The notes under the pieces were generated by a model. That model saw nothing but the letters and a program-made list of their open reading frames with translations, ran no database searches and was not told the DNA's origin. Of a stretch of DNA of 64,000 nucleotides, positions 1-9,341 are shown in pieces (the first letter of the stretch is position 1; every line of letters begins with the position of its first letter). Position numbers and translations under genes: made by a program. The stretch is from Thermodesulfobacteriota bacterium (GTDB lineage Bacteria > Desulfobacterota > Desulfobulbia > Desulfobulbales > SURF-16), in the NCBI GenBank assembly GCA_040755455.1, contig JBFMAY010000015.1, positions 15,890 to 79,889 of the forward strand, written 5' to 3'.

Positions 1-840
1 GATGAAGGAGTTCCAGGCATTGATGCCGGTCAGGGTTGCCGTGCGCAGTTCCTGGCGGGGAGTGGTGGCGAGATTGGTGCCGGGGGCAACGGGCAGGTAC
101 TCCATGGCGCCGCCGCCGACATGGCATTCGCCGCAGTCGCGCATCTGGCCGGCCACGGACAGATCCACCTGTTTCTTAAAGGCGGCTTCGGTGCCGAAAT
201 CAAGAGGAGCGGTGAAGTTGACCGGGGCCTGGGTGCGGGGTTTGACGGCCGCGGTCGCCTTGATGTAAGTGGCGACGCCGTTGGCGTCAAGTCTGTTGTT
301 GGAGGAATCGACGAGGATGTCGGTGCCGGCGGTGTAGACGCTGTCATTATCCACATCCTCGTAATATTGTCCTTTCAGGGCCGCGTTGAACCCTGTCATG
401 TCATTGGGGAACAGTTTCGCCAACTGGCGAGAGGAAGGGGGTCACCATTTGCCGACGTGGCCGGGTGACTGCACCCAGGGTTTGCCCTGGGTGGCCTCGG
501 AGTTCCAGTTGCCCATGGCCCAGGCGTTCCAGCCGAGAATCTGGTTGGCGCCGAGCTGGGCATGGTAGGAATGCCGCTCGATGGCTTTGTAATCGTGGCA
601 GGCGCCGCAGCTTTTATTGCTGCTGTATGCCGGCAACGGGCCGGCGGGAAGTTCATAGGTGTCATCCGCGTTGCCGGGGGTCCCGTCTGCGCCGGCATCG
701 ACGAACACCGGTCTCACGTATTGATCGTTGGCGTCTTTGATATAGACCGACGGGTGTGACCAGGCCTGGCTGCCGCCCATCACCACGGCCGCGGCTGTTA
801 TGGCGCTGATCACGAGTCCGCTTTTATAACTCTTTTTCAT
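1..840 (-). CDS. Secreted multihaem c-type cytochrome whose 3' end runs off the window. The frame is interrupted by one in-frame TGA at 442-444 (candidate selenocysteine or readthrough, or a nonsense pseudogene).
   Basis: ORF 442..840 has a signal peptide (MKKSYKSGLVISAITAAAVVMGGSQAWS), a CGACH haem motif and an AAGGAG RBS before the ATG at 840. The same frame stays open from 441 to base 1 (147 codons, checked triplet by triplet) and encodes a second haem site, MRDCGECH (121-144). Confidence 0.6.
417..430 (-). other. Small hairpin UCGCC-AGUU-GGCGA starting 11 nt 3' of the in-frame UGA; SECIS-like candidate
   Basis: Plus strand tcgccaactggcga is a 5-bp inverted repeat with a 4-nt loop containing GU. 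The spacing to the UGA was counted by hand. Confidence 0.3.
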
Positions 841-889
841 TTTCCACTCCTTAGCCGACGGTTGTCAGCTTCTTCATTGTTTCTTTTTG

Positions 890-943
890 GCCGGCCGTTC
901 AACCCGGCTTGGGGGAGCCGCTGATCTCACGTGAACGGCCGGC
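890..943 (-). other. Nested hairpin in the 5' leader of the cytochrome gene
   Basis: Perfect 12-bp arms GCCGGCCGTTCA (890-901) and TGAACGGCCGGC (932-943) enclose an inner CGGCT/AGCCG hairpin. It lies 49 nt upstream of the ATG at 840. The T-run and A-run flank it in the wrong polarity for a terminator. Confidence 0.35.
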
Positions 944-1165
944 AAAAAATTCATGCCTGTAACACGCTGTATGAAAAGTTGGGGAACTTTGCCAAGGGGG
1001 TTGAGCAAACTGTGTGCCCGGCGGGGAAAGCCGTGGGTATTTTTACCCTAAAAAAGGGAGAAGGGCTGAAATAGGATTTGCAGATCAACGAGTTAAATAA
1101 AGGGATTTTTTTTATTGAGCCTCAGGAGGGATACGCTGTGGTACCGCTTGGAGCGCTGGTGAGGT

Positions 1166-1217
1166 GGGTGTTATGCCCCATACTTATTAGGGCATAATAC
1201 CCAATGGTGTTTTTTTA
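1166..1217 (+). other. Orphan terminator-like or attenuator-like hairpin in the divergent intergenic region
   Basis: 13-bp stem GGGTGTTATGCCC (1166-1178) / GGGCATAATACCC (1190-1202) with one G-U pair and an 11-nt loop. A T7 run follows at 1210-1216. No plus-strand gene lies upstream of it. Confidence 0.3.
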
Positions 1218-1511
1218 GGGTGTCCTGCCCAATTGTTTGCCTGGAGGGAGGCTTGAAATTGCATGCCGGCCAGAAGAAAACAATGGCTGCGGCATGTCCA
1301 TGATCACTGCCGCCGGGAAAAGGGCAAAAACTGCGGGTTGAAAGACGTGGGGATATTTTCTTTGCATTTATTTCAGCTCATTTTGAAAAAACTGGATGAA
1401 ATAAAATGAGCTTGCGTATAGGTTAGACGGAAACTATCTAAGTTGCCAGGTTTGTTTTTTGTGAAACCCGGACCGGCAACTTGTTCATTCATTTTACAGA
1501 GGGGACAATTC

Positions 1512-2516
1512 ATGAAGATTTCTCTTAATAATGTGTGCAGAATTGCATTTGTTTTTCTTTGCCTGTGCATCGCCTCAACGGCAATGGCGGCAGAAGAGAA
1601 AAAGGAAGGGGGTGTAGTCGCCCAGGTCAATGGCCAACCGATTACCAGCAGGGATTTCGATACAGCAATGAAGGCGGCCAAACAGCAGTTTGCCGGCCTC
1701 GGCTGGCAGGAGGGTGACCAGGAGCAGCTCAAGCAAATGCAGACCCTCACCCTTGACCGGCTCATTGATTTTGAGCTGCTTTACCAGGCCAGCCAGAAGG
1801 AGAAAGTCAACGTTGATGACAATGCCATTAAAGAGAAGATGTCCGCCTTTAAAAAACAGTTTCCCTCTGATGCGGAATTTCAGAGTTTCCTGACCACCAA
1901 TGAGTTGACCGAGGAAGTCATGCAGACCCAGCTGCGCCGTAAAATGGCCATTGAGGGTCTGCAGGAGAAGCTGTATGACCAGTTTGTCGGCGGGACCAAG
2001 GTAACGGATGAAGAACTTCGCCAGTTTTATGATGCCAACAAGGACAGCATCAAGCAGCCGGAAAAGGTGAGGGCAAGCCATATCCTCGTTGCGGTGGAAG
2101 CCAATGCCGATGAAGCGGCAAAAAAAGCGGCAATGGAAAAAATCAAAGGCATTCAGAAAAAATTAAAGGATGGCGGGGACTTTGCCAAACTGGCCCAGGA
2201 GAGTTCCGATTGCCCCAGCAAGGCCAACGGCGGCGACCTGGATTTCTTTGTTAGACAGCAGATGGTTAAACCCTTTGCCGATGTGGCCTTCAGTACCCCG
2301 GTCGGCCAGACCAGCGATATCGTAACCACCGAGTTCGGTTATCACCTGATTAAGGTAACGGACAAACAGCCGGAAAAGATGCTGAACTTTGATGAGGTGA
2401 AGGAGAAAATCAGCACATACCTGAGCCAGCAGAAAATCGACAGCCAATTTGAGGTATATATGAAAGGACTGCGTGATCAGGCGGATATCAAACGGATGCT
2501 GCCGGCAAACTCATAA
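1512..2516 (+). CDS. Periplasmic PpiC/parvulin-type peptidyl-prolyl cis-trans isomerase (SurA/PrsA-like)
   Basis: ATG at 1512 with a GAGGGGA RBS. Signal peptide MKISLNNVCRIAFVFLCLCIASTAMA. Parvulin core: ASHILV...GGDLDFF...FGYHLIKV. Confidence 0.85.
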   Translation: MKISLNNVCRIAFVFLCLCIASTAMAAEEKKEGGVVAQVNGQPITSRDFDTAMKAAKQQFAGLGWQEGDQEQLKQMQTLTLDRLIDFELLYQASQKEKVNVDDNAIKEKMSAFKKQFPSDAEFQSFLTTNELTEEVMQTQLRRKMAIEGLQEKLYDQFVGGTKVTDEELRQFYDANKDSIKQPEKVRASHILVAVEANADEAAKKAAMEKIKGIQKKLKDGGDFAKLAQESSDCPSKANGGDLDFFVRQQMVKPFADVAFSTPVGQTSDIVTTEFGYHLIKVTDKQPEKMLNFDEVKEKISTYLSQQKIDSQFEVYMKGLRDQADIKRMLPANS

Positions 2517-2531
2517 GGTCCGGCTTTTTTT
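2501..2531 (+). terminator. Weak intrinsic terminator after the PPIase gene
   Basis: GCCGG (2501-2505) pairs with CCGGC (2520-2524) and is followed by T7 (2525-2531). It overlaps the stop codon at 2514-2516. Confidence 0.45.
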
Positions 2532-2721
2532 CTCAGGAAAGGTCATTTCCAGTCAGGAACCGGCGCGTCAGGCGGATGCCCGCGCGTTACGCCTTTGTCG
2601 CAACCGGTTCCTCCGTTCTTGCTGCACCGCGCACCTGCGGGCCTGGCTGTCTCTCCCAGGCCCGCAACCTCTGCAGCCCGTCGCAGGATTTTCAATAAAA
2701 CAGCAGTAAGGAAGTTGTCAG

Positions 2722-3399
2722 ATGAAAAAAATCAGAGTCATGCTTGTTGATGATCATGATGTTGTTCGCTCCGGCTTAAAATCGTTGTTGGGCATGGACC
2801 CGCAGATTGAAATCGTCGGCGAGGCGGCAAACGGCGTCGAGGCCCTGGCCAGAATACCGGAATTTGCCCCTGAGGTGGTGGTGATGGATATTTCCATGCC
2901 GGCCATGGACGGCCTGGAGGCGACCAGAAGGATCAGCGCCGGATTTCCCGATTGTCTTGTCCTCGCTCTCACCGTGCACGCGGACAAGCAGTATTTTTTC
3001 GAGATGCTCGCCGCCGGGGCCAAGGGATATATCACCAAGCAGGCGGCCGCCGAGGAGCTGGTTTCCGCCATCAAGGCGGTGGCGTCGGGCAATGTTTATC
3101 TGCAGCCGGCCCTGGCCCGCTGGCTGCTGGAGGATTATCAGCGGATCAACAGGAGCGGGATCGGCAATGGCGAGCAGAACCTGACCTCCGCTGACCTGGC
3201 CACCCTCAGTAAGCGGGAACAGGAGATTCTGGAACTGGTGGCTGAAGGACTCACCACCCCGGAAATAGGCCGGAAACTTGATCTCAGCCCGAAGACCGTT
3301 TCCCGGCACCGGGAGCGCATCATGAACAAACTGAACATGCACTCGGCCACCGAACTGGTCAAGTTTGCCATCCGGACCGGGCTGATAGATGTTCGCTGA
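2722..3399 (+). CDS. NarL/LuxR-family response regulator (REC + HTH_LuxR)
   Basis: Receiver motifs MLVDDHDVV and VVVMDISMP. C-terminal LuxR HTH: LSKREQEILELVAEGLTTPEIGRKLDLSPKTVSRHRERIMNKL. Confidence 0.9.
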   Translation: MKKIRVMLVDDHDVVRSGLKSLLGMDPQIEIVGEAANGVEALARIPEFAPEVVVMDISMPAMDGLEATRRISAGFPDCLVLALTVHADKQYFFEMLAAGAKGYITKQAAAEELVSAIKAVASGNVYLQPALARWLLEDYQRINRSGIGNGEQNLTSADLATLSKREQEILELVAEGLTTPEIGRKLDLSPKTVSRHRERIMNKLNMHSATELVKFAIRTGLIDVR

Positions 3400-3487
3400 G
3401 CGGAAAAACAAGCGGCGGCAATGCCGCGGGGCAGGTCACGGCAATGGGCGTTTATCCATTCCTGCCGGATCATAAACAGGAGGACGT

Positions 3488-5023
3488 ATGCAGAGTAAGG
3501 AAACAGCGAGGTGTGGTCTCTTTCCTTCCACCTTTTTTCGCGGCCTGGTATTTATTTCGCTTATTGCCGTGCTGATCCTGCCGCTCTATACGATTTTCAT
3601 TCTTTCCCCTTCTTTTGTCGATTTTGTCATCAAATCCCAGGAAGAGCTGGCCGCGGAAGTGGCCGTGCACATGGAATCAAAGCTCATTCCGGACAAGAGC
3701 CAGCAGCTGACCAGGGATATTCTCACCCCTGATGTCCTGAAAAGAATCACCGGCACCGCAACCGATTTTAATCTCATGAAGGTGCGCATCATGTTTCCGG
3801 ACGGAGAGATATTCTATTCAACGGAAGAGCATGAGCTTGGCCGGATCATCTCCTTTGCTGAGTTCAAGCGGACGGTGAGCTCGGGCGCGCCATACGCTCA
3901 GCTGCGCAAAAAAGGGGAGAAATCGCTGGAAGGCGCGGTGATGCCGGGCGATATTGTGGAAACCTACGTGCCCATTCTCCGGGACGGCAAGACCATCGGC
4001 GTGTTTGAAATCTATTACGACATCAGCGCCCGGAAGGAGGCCCTGAGCAGGCTGCTGCGCATGCTCTACTTCACCCTGTTTCCCATCGCCTTTATTCTGT
4101 TTGCCGCAGTCATCTTCAGTTGCCGCCGGGCAAACAGCAGTATTGCCCGCCGGGTGGAGGCGGAAGAGAAACTGATGGAGCAGCGGGAAGAGCTCAAGGC
4201 GAAAAACGAGGAGTTGACGGAGCTCATCATTATCTGCCGGGAACGCCAGCGCAGGCTGGAAGAGGAGCAGAAGGCCCGCCAGCAGGCCCAGGAGCAGGTG
4301 CAGCAGGAAATGCTCAAGCGGGAAAAAATGCGCATTGACCTGCTGCGCCACATGGTGCGGTCCCAGGAGGAGGAGCGGGCGCGCATTGCCCGGGAGCTCC
4401 ATGATGAGACGGCCCAGACCCTGACCGCCGCCTCGCTGAATTTCGCCACCCTGCAGAATCAGCTTGCCGCCAATCCGGAGATGGCGGGGGTGGTGGGCCG
4501 TCTGCAGGGGCTGTGCAAGCAGATGCACCAGGATCTCTATCGGCTGGTCCATGATCTGCGCCCGGCCCAGCTTGATGATCTGGGCCTGGTGCCAGCCCTG
4601 CGCTTTCTTGCCGACGAGGGGCAGAAGAGCAGCGGGCTTGCGGTCACTCTGACCATCAGCGGCAGCCAGCACAAACTTGAACCGTTCGTGGAAACCATTA
4701 TCTACCGCTTCGTGCAGGAGGGGCTTACCAATGTGACCCGCCATGCCGGAACCGGCCAGGCCTCTGTTGCCCTGATTTATGAGGAGGATCAGATCGTCGC
4801 CCGGGTGGCGGACCAGGGCAAGGGGTTTGATCCCGAGCAGCACCGGCAGGCCGGCTCCGGCTGGGGCCTGGTGGGCATCGCCGAGCGGATCCAGTCGTTG
4901 AAAGGCTCTTTCCGCATCGAATCGGCCCCGGGCAAAGGGACCCTGCTGGAAATTGCCGTTCCCCTGACCCTCGGCTCCTGTCCTTTTGACGGCATGACCG
5001 GGGAGCGGCCGGGACAAGCCTGA
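3488..5023 (+). CDS. Membrane sensor histidine kinase, NarX/DegS type (HisKA_3 + HATPase_c)
   Basis: AGGAGG RBS. Two hydrophobic segments flank a periplasmic domain, followed by a coiled coil. H-box ARELHDETAQTL. ATPase motifs DQGKGF and GWGLVGIAERI. Adjacent to the NarL-type regulator. Confidence 0.9.
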   Translation: MQSKETARCGLFPSTFFRGLVFISLIAVLILPLYTIFILSPSFVDFVIKSQEELAAEVAVHMESKLIPDKSQQLTRDILTPDVLKRITGTATDFNLMKVRIMFPDGEIFYSTEEHELGRIISFAEFKRTVSSGAPYAQLRKKGEKSLEGAVMPGDIVETYVPILRDGKTIGVFEIYYDISARKEALSRLLRMLYFTLFPIAFILFAAVIFSCRRANSSIARRVEAEEKLMEQREELKAKNEELTELIIICRERQRRLEEEQKARQQAQEQVQQEMLKREKMRIDLLRHMVRSQEEERARIARELHDETAQTLTAASLNFATLQNQLAANPEMAGVVGRLQGLCKQMHQDLYRLVHDLRPAQLDDLGLVPALRFLADEGQKSSGLAVTLTISGSQHKLEPFVETIIYRFVQEGLTNVTRHAGTGQASVALIYEEDQIVARVADQGKGFDPEQHRQAGSGWGLVGIAERIQSLKGSFRIESAPGKGTLLEIAVPLTLGSCPFDGMTGERPGQA

Positions 5024-5098
5024 CAAGAGACGTTTGCCCCGGGCTTTGATCTGCTTGGTTGACTTGCCCTGCATGATCGCCGCGCCTGGAACGGGCAC

Positions 5099-5117
5099 AA
5101 GGCCCCGGCCTTCTTTT
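5099..5117 (+). terminator. Possible weak terminator after the kinase gene
   Basis: AAGGCC-CC-GGCCTT followed by CTTTT. Short stem and short T-run. Confidence 0.3.
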
Positions 5118-5244
5118 CCGCAAATATCACTGTTGTCTCATTGCCTCTGTCCGGCTATACTTTGACGAGCCGGTTCCGGTTGCCGGCCGGGCAGTGAATG
5201 ACCATCCCGATCATCCAAATTCTGTTAAACGTGTCGCGCGGTGC

Positions 5245-8200
5245 ATGAAAACTCTTCTCGCCAAAAAACATCTTTTTGCTCTGCTGGCCGGGCTGCTGGC
5301 CTTGGTCCTGTTGTTTAGCACGCTTCCTTACCTGGGCAGGACAGTGCTGGCCCAGGTAAGTGGCCGGCTGGGCATGGAGATTGAAATCGGGGAGATCGGC
5401 GGCAATATTTTCAACCATCTCACCGTGGCCAGCATAAAGGGGGTGCGCACGGACAAGGCGCAGCCGGTGTCCGGGTTCACCGCGGCCGATGTGCGCCTTG
5501 ATTATTCCCTGGCGAGTCTCTTCGGCGGGGTTGATGCCTTTCTGGCCCGGCTGCGGATCGAAGCGAGCCGGGCCAAGATGGTCCTTGACCTGGCTGGCGG
5601 GCAGGATAGCCGGCCCGCGGCGGAAAACGGCCGGGGAGTTGTGCCGCCTGCGGTGTTGCCGGCCCTTGCCGTAGGCGGTATTGAGCTGGCCGTCCACGCA
5701 ACGGATTATGACCTCGCCATTGCCGATACCTCTCTGCGGGTTGAGCCGGCCGCCGCGGGCCGGTCCGGGCAGCCGGTGCAAGTGGACATGCCGGTGCTGC
5801 GGCTCCATGTGGACGGCCGGGAAAAACTGGCGACCTCCTGCCGGCTCAGGCTGCTTTATGGCGCCGGGCAGATCCGCATTGAAGAGATGACCATGGCGGA
5901 CAAAATCGTCTCCCTGCAAGGGCTGCTGGTCCGGGACCAGGCCGGCCGGCCGGCGAGCTTTACCCTGCAGGCCGAGGTCAGCGGCGGGCGGCTGCAGGGG
6001 GCCGGCACTTTTGCGGCGGCCGGGCAGACGAACCTGGGCCTGCAATTGACAAACATCGATATCGCCGAGCTTGCCCGCCTGCTGCATTGGGAGGATTTCG
6101 CCGTGGCAGGCAGGCTTTCCGGCAGTATCAGCTGGCAGTTTGCTGCCGGGCAAAGCGGCTCCCAGATCGCTGACATCAGCCTTGGGCTGGCCCAGGGCCG
6201 GCTGTTCGGAGAAAAAACAGAGGCCTCTTTCCAGGGCGGCATTAACCACGACAAGGTTATAGTCAAGGAATTTGCGGCAACCCATGGACAAAACAGGGTG
6301 GCCATGACTGGGGCAACCGCGCCGCTCACCGTCTTCACCGATTGGGACCCGGCCCGGCTGGCCGGCCTGGAGAGCAAGTCCATCAAGCTCCAGCTGCGCA
6401 ACATCCCGGCCTTTATGGCCGTCTTTGGCATGGCCGCGCCCCTGCAGGCTTTTCCCGATCACCTGCTTGAGGCCCGGGGCAGCATGGCGGACCGGGTGCT
6501 CACCATCGACCAGGCGGATCTCAAAACAGGCAGCAATTCCGCGGGGCTGACCGCGGCGCGCCTGCGCTTCACCCCTGCCGGGCAATCCATGCTTGATTCC
6601 CCTGTGGCCGGCGCCCTGCAGCTGGACATCAGCGACCTGCGGGAACTGTCGTCGCTCTTTGCCTTGCCGGTGATGGCGGGGCAGCTGCGGGGGGATGCCG
6701 TTATCAGCGGCACGCTGCGCAGTCCTGCCGGGGCCATCACCCTTGCGGGGGAAAGGCTGGCCTATGGGAACAGCGCTCTGGGGGAGGTGAAAGTCGAGGC
6801 CCGGGCGGACAGCAGGCAGCTGCACATTGCCTCCCTGAGGCTGGGCAATGGTGCCGACACCCTGGAGGCCGCCGGCAGTTATTCTTTCCAGACTGGCCGC
6901 TCTGAGGATATCACCGGCAGGGTCCTGGTGGAGGATGTCGGCCGTTACGCCGGCTTGTGGGCCATGGAGGGCAAAGCCAGCGGCCGCTTGGAGGCCGCCC
7001 TCACGCCCACGGAGGCAGGAGAACTGCGGCTGGATATGACGATGGGCGGGGCGGCCTTTGCCGGTCTGCATGATGCGGCGCTGCGCGGGGTGATGACCAC
7101 CGACTGGCGCAGCTACCGCATCACGGATGCCGAACTCAAAACCGGGAAGGGTTCGCTGCGTTTTTCCGCGCACATTACCCCGCAGCCGGCGGACAAGCTG
7201 GTGCGGGCCGAACTTGGCGCTTTGACGGTTGCAGGCCAAGGCGACGAATTTACTCTGGAGCGGCCGGCCCAACTCGTTTTGTCTTACGGAGAGAAGGGGA
7301 CGAGCCTTGAGCTGGGCGAGATGCTGCTCAGGAGCGCGGCAGGGGATATCAGCCTGCGGGGTTCTCTGGCCATGCAGGCGGAGAGCTGGCTGCAGGTGCA
7401 GGCGCAAAGACTGACCGGCCGGGGCTGGCTTGATGGCTTGACCGGCGGCGGGTATCAGTTCAGCGGCGCGGATGTGCTGTTCTCCCTGCAGGGGCCCCTT
7501 GCCGTGCCGCGGGCCTCCCTGACCGCCCGTATTGCCGAAATCAACTGCCCGCAGTTGACCGTGCCCCTGTCAGGGGATATTGCCGTTGATTATGACGGCG
7601 CTGCAGGTCTCACCATCCGCCGGTTTCTGCTAACGACTGACCAGGGACAGCAGATTTCCCTGGCCGGCCTGCTCCCTTATGACCCCCTGGCGGACAATCC
7701 GTTTCTGCCGGCCGCCCTGGACCTCAGGGGAAAAGCCGTGCTGCCCGGCCTGCGGGGAATTGCCGACAACACGGCGGTCAACGCCGTGCAGGAGGGACAG
7801 TTTTCCGGCGACTTGCAACTGACGGGTTCCTGGGAGCAGCCGACCGGCGCGCTGCATTTCACGGGCAGCAATCTTTACCTGCACCGTTTCCTCAACAATG
7901 CCCCCAGGGAGCCTTTGACCGTGGCCGGCCATATCGCTATTCTGCCGGGCGCCCTTCAGCTGCGGCAGCTGACCGTGCAGGGCTCTCCCTTATCCTTCAG
8001 CATGGACGGCACCTGGTCTGATATCCCGACCCTGGCCGGGCTCATCCGTCAGCCGCCGGAAGGACTGCCCGGCACGGTGGCCTTTGACGGCCGGCTGGAA
8101 ATGACCGAGGTCGGCTGGCTGGCGGCCTACGCTGGAGGATTGCGCCGGCTGACCGGACATCTGGCGGCGACCATGAGCGCCCGCGGGCCGGCCGCCCGGC

Positions 8201-9330
8201 CGCAGTTTTCCGGCGCCACCACCCTCACCGGCGGCGGCGTTCGTCTGGAAAACGCCAACCTGCCCGCCATCGAGCAGCTCGAGCTGCAGGCCGGTCTTGA
8301 CCAGAATGTCGTCAACCTGCACAGGCTCTCCGGAGTGTTCGGCGGCGCCCCTTTTCAGGCCAGCGGCAGCGTAGCGCTTACCGGCCCGGATGCCCCGGTG
8401 GTTGACTGCCGGCTGCAGGGGAAGAATCTTCTTTTTTATCGTGATGCGTCGATGAAGATCCGCGCCGATGCGGATCTGACCGTCAAAGGACCATGGCGCC
8501 GGCTCGAACTGGGGGGCAAGGTCGTGATCGTTGACGGGCGGTATATGAAAAACGTCGATTTCCTGACCATGTTCCGGGGCTCGGCCAGACCGAAAAGCGA
8601 TCTCGGCATGCAGCTCTTTTCCCTCACCGAAACTCCCTGGCGTGACATGGCTTTTGATGTGCTGATCACCTCTGACACGCCATTGACGATTTATAACAAT
8701 ATGGCCAGGGGCGGGGTGCGGCCGAACCTGCACCTGACCGGCACCGGCGAAATTCCCGTGCTGGCCGGCCGGATTTTTGTCGACCAGACCAGAATCAGTG
8801 TGCCGGCCGGCAAGATTGTCATCGAATCCGGCGTGGTCAGCTTTCCGGAAAATGATCCGGACCGGCCCACCTTTGACCTCAGCGGTAAATCCAGGCTGGC
8901 CGGCTATGATATCACCCTGATTTTTCAGGGGACTTCTGACGAACCGGTCATCACCCTGACCTCCGATCCGCCCCTGGCCGAGGATGAACTGCTGCTGCTC
9001 GTCCTCACCGGCAGTCCGCCCCAGTTATCCCAGGAAAAGGAAAAGGAAAAGCGGGCCATGGCCAACATGAATACCGCGGTTTATCTCGGCCGGGGCTTGC
9101 TGAGCAGATGGTTCGTGGGAGAATCCATTGAAAGCGAGGAATCGATGCTGGACCGGTTTGAGTTTGACTTCGGCCGGCAGCTCAGCAAAAGCGGCGAGGA
9201 GACGGTTGAGGCGCAATTCCGCCTGATTGAAGGGTTGTTTCTGCCGGGTGACCGTCTTTTCCTTACCAGTGAAAAGGATATTTATGATAACTTCAATGTC
9301 GGCGTTAAGGTCGTCTTCCGGTTTAAATAA
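5245..9330 (+). CDS. tamB: Translocation and assembly module protein TamB (AsmA-like, DUF490 C-terminus)
   Basis: About 1360 aa with an N-terminal membrane anchor (MKTLLAKKHLFALLAGLLALVLLF). Long beta-rich G/L/A/D sequence and a TamB-like C-terminal segment (..DITLIFQGTSDEPVITLTSDPP..NVGVKVVFRFK). An Omp85 gene follows 11 nt later. Confidence 0.75.
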   Translation: MKTLLAKKHLFALLAGLLALVLLFSTLPYLGRTVLAQVSGRLGMEIEIGEIGGNIFNHLTVASIKGVRTDKAQPVSGFTAADVRLDYSLASLFGGVDAFLARLRIEASRAKMVLDLAGGQDSRPAAENGRGVVPPAVLPALAVGGIELAVHATDYDLAIADTSLRVEPAAAGRSGQPVQVDMPVLRLHVDGREKLATSCRLRLLYGAGQIRIEEMTMADKIVSLQGLLVRDQAGRPASFTLQAEVSGGRLQGAGTFAAAGQTNLGLQLTNIDIAELARLLHWEDFAVAGRLSGSISWQFAAGQSGSQIADISLGLAQGRLFGEKTEASFQGGINHDKVIVKEFAATHGQNRVAMTGATAPLTVFTDWDPARLAGLESKSIKLQLRNIPAFMAVFGMAAPLQAFPDHLLEARGSMADRVLTIDQADLKTGSNSAGLTAARLRFTPAGQSMLDSPVAGALQLDISDLRELSSLFALPVMAGQLRGDAVISGTLRSPAGAITLAGERLAYGNSALGEVKVEARADSRQLHIASLRLGNGADTLEAAGSYSFQTGRSEDITGRVLVEDVGRYAGLWAMEGKASGRLEAALTPTEAGELRLDMTMGGAAFAGLHDAALRGVMTTDWRSYRITDAELKTGKGSLRFSAHITPQPADKLVRAELGALTVAGQGDEFTLERPAQLVLSYGEKGTSLELGEMLLRSAAGDISLRGSLAMQAESWLQVQAQRLTGRGWLDGLTGGGYQFSGADVLFSLQGPLAVPRASLTARIAEINCPQLTVPLSGDIAVDYDGAAGLTIRRFLLTTDQGQQISLAGLLPYDPLADNPFLPAALDLRGKAVLPGLRGIADNTAVNAVQEGQFSGDLQLTGSWEQPTGALHFTGSNLYLHRFLNNAPREPLTVAGHIAILPGALQLRQLTVQGSPLSFSMDGTWSDIPTLAGLIRQPPEGLPGTVAFDGRLEMTEVGWLAAYAGGLRRLTGHLAATMSARGPAARPQFSGATTLTGGGVRLENANLPAIEQLELQAGLDQNVVNLHRLSGVFGGAPFQASGSVALTGPDAPVVDCRLQGKNLLFYRDASMKIRADADLTVKGPWRRLELGGKVVIVDGRYMKNVDFLTMFRGSARPKSDLGMQLFSLTETPWRDMAFDVLITSDTPLTIYNNMARGGVRPNLHLTGTGEIPVLAGRIFVDQTRISVPAGKIVIESGVVSFPENDPDRPTFDLSGKSRLAGYDITLIFQGTSDEPVITLTSDPPLAEDELLLLVLTGSPPQLSQEKEKEKRAMANMNTAVYLGRGLLSRWFVGESIESEESMLDRFEFDFGRQLSKSGEETVEAQFRLIEGLFLPGDRLFLTSEKDIYDNFNVGVKVVFRFK

Positions 9331-9341
9331 GGTATGATCCC

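Noticed and set aside
890-943. The 12-bp-stem hairpin read as an intrinsic terminator
   Set aside because: The T-run precedes the stem and the A-run follows it on the plus strand, and the mirror arrangement holds on the minus strand. Neither transcript would therefore have a 3' U-tract. It lies in a 5' leader, not after a gene.
5155-7407. A 750-aa ORF antisense to tamB, the longest shadow ORF in the window
   Set aside because: It lies entirely inside and opposite a gene with clear family features. Its product is R/G/P/Q/H-rich low-complexity sequence with no motif, RBS or signal. Long antisense ORFs are expected in ~60% GC coding DNA.
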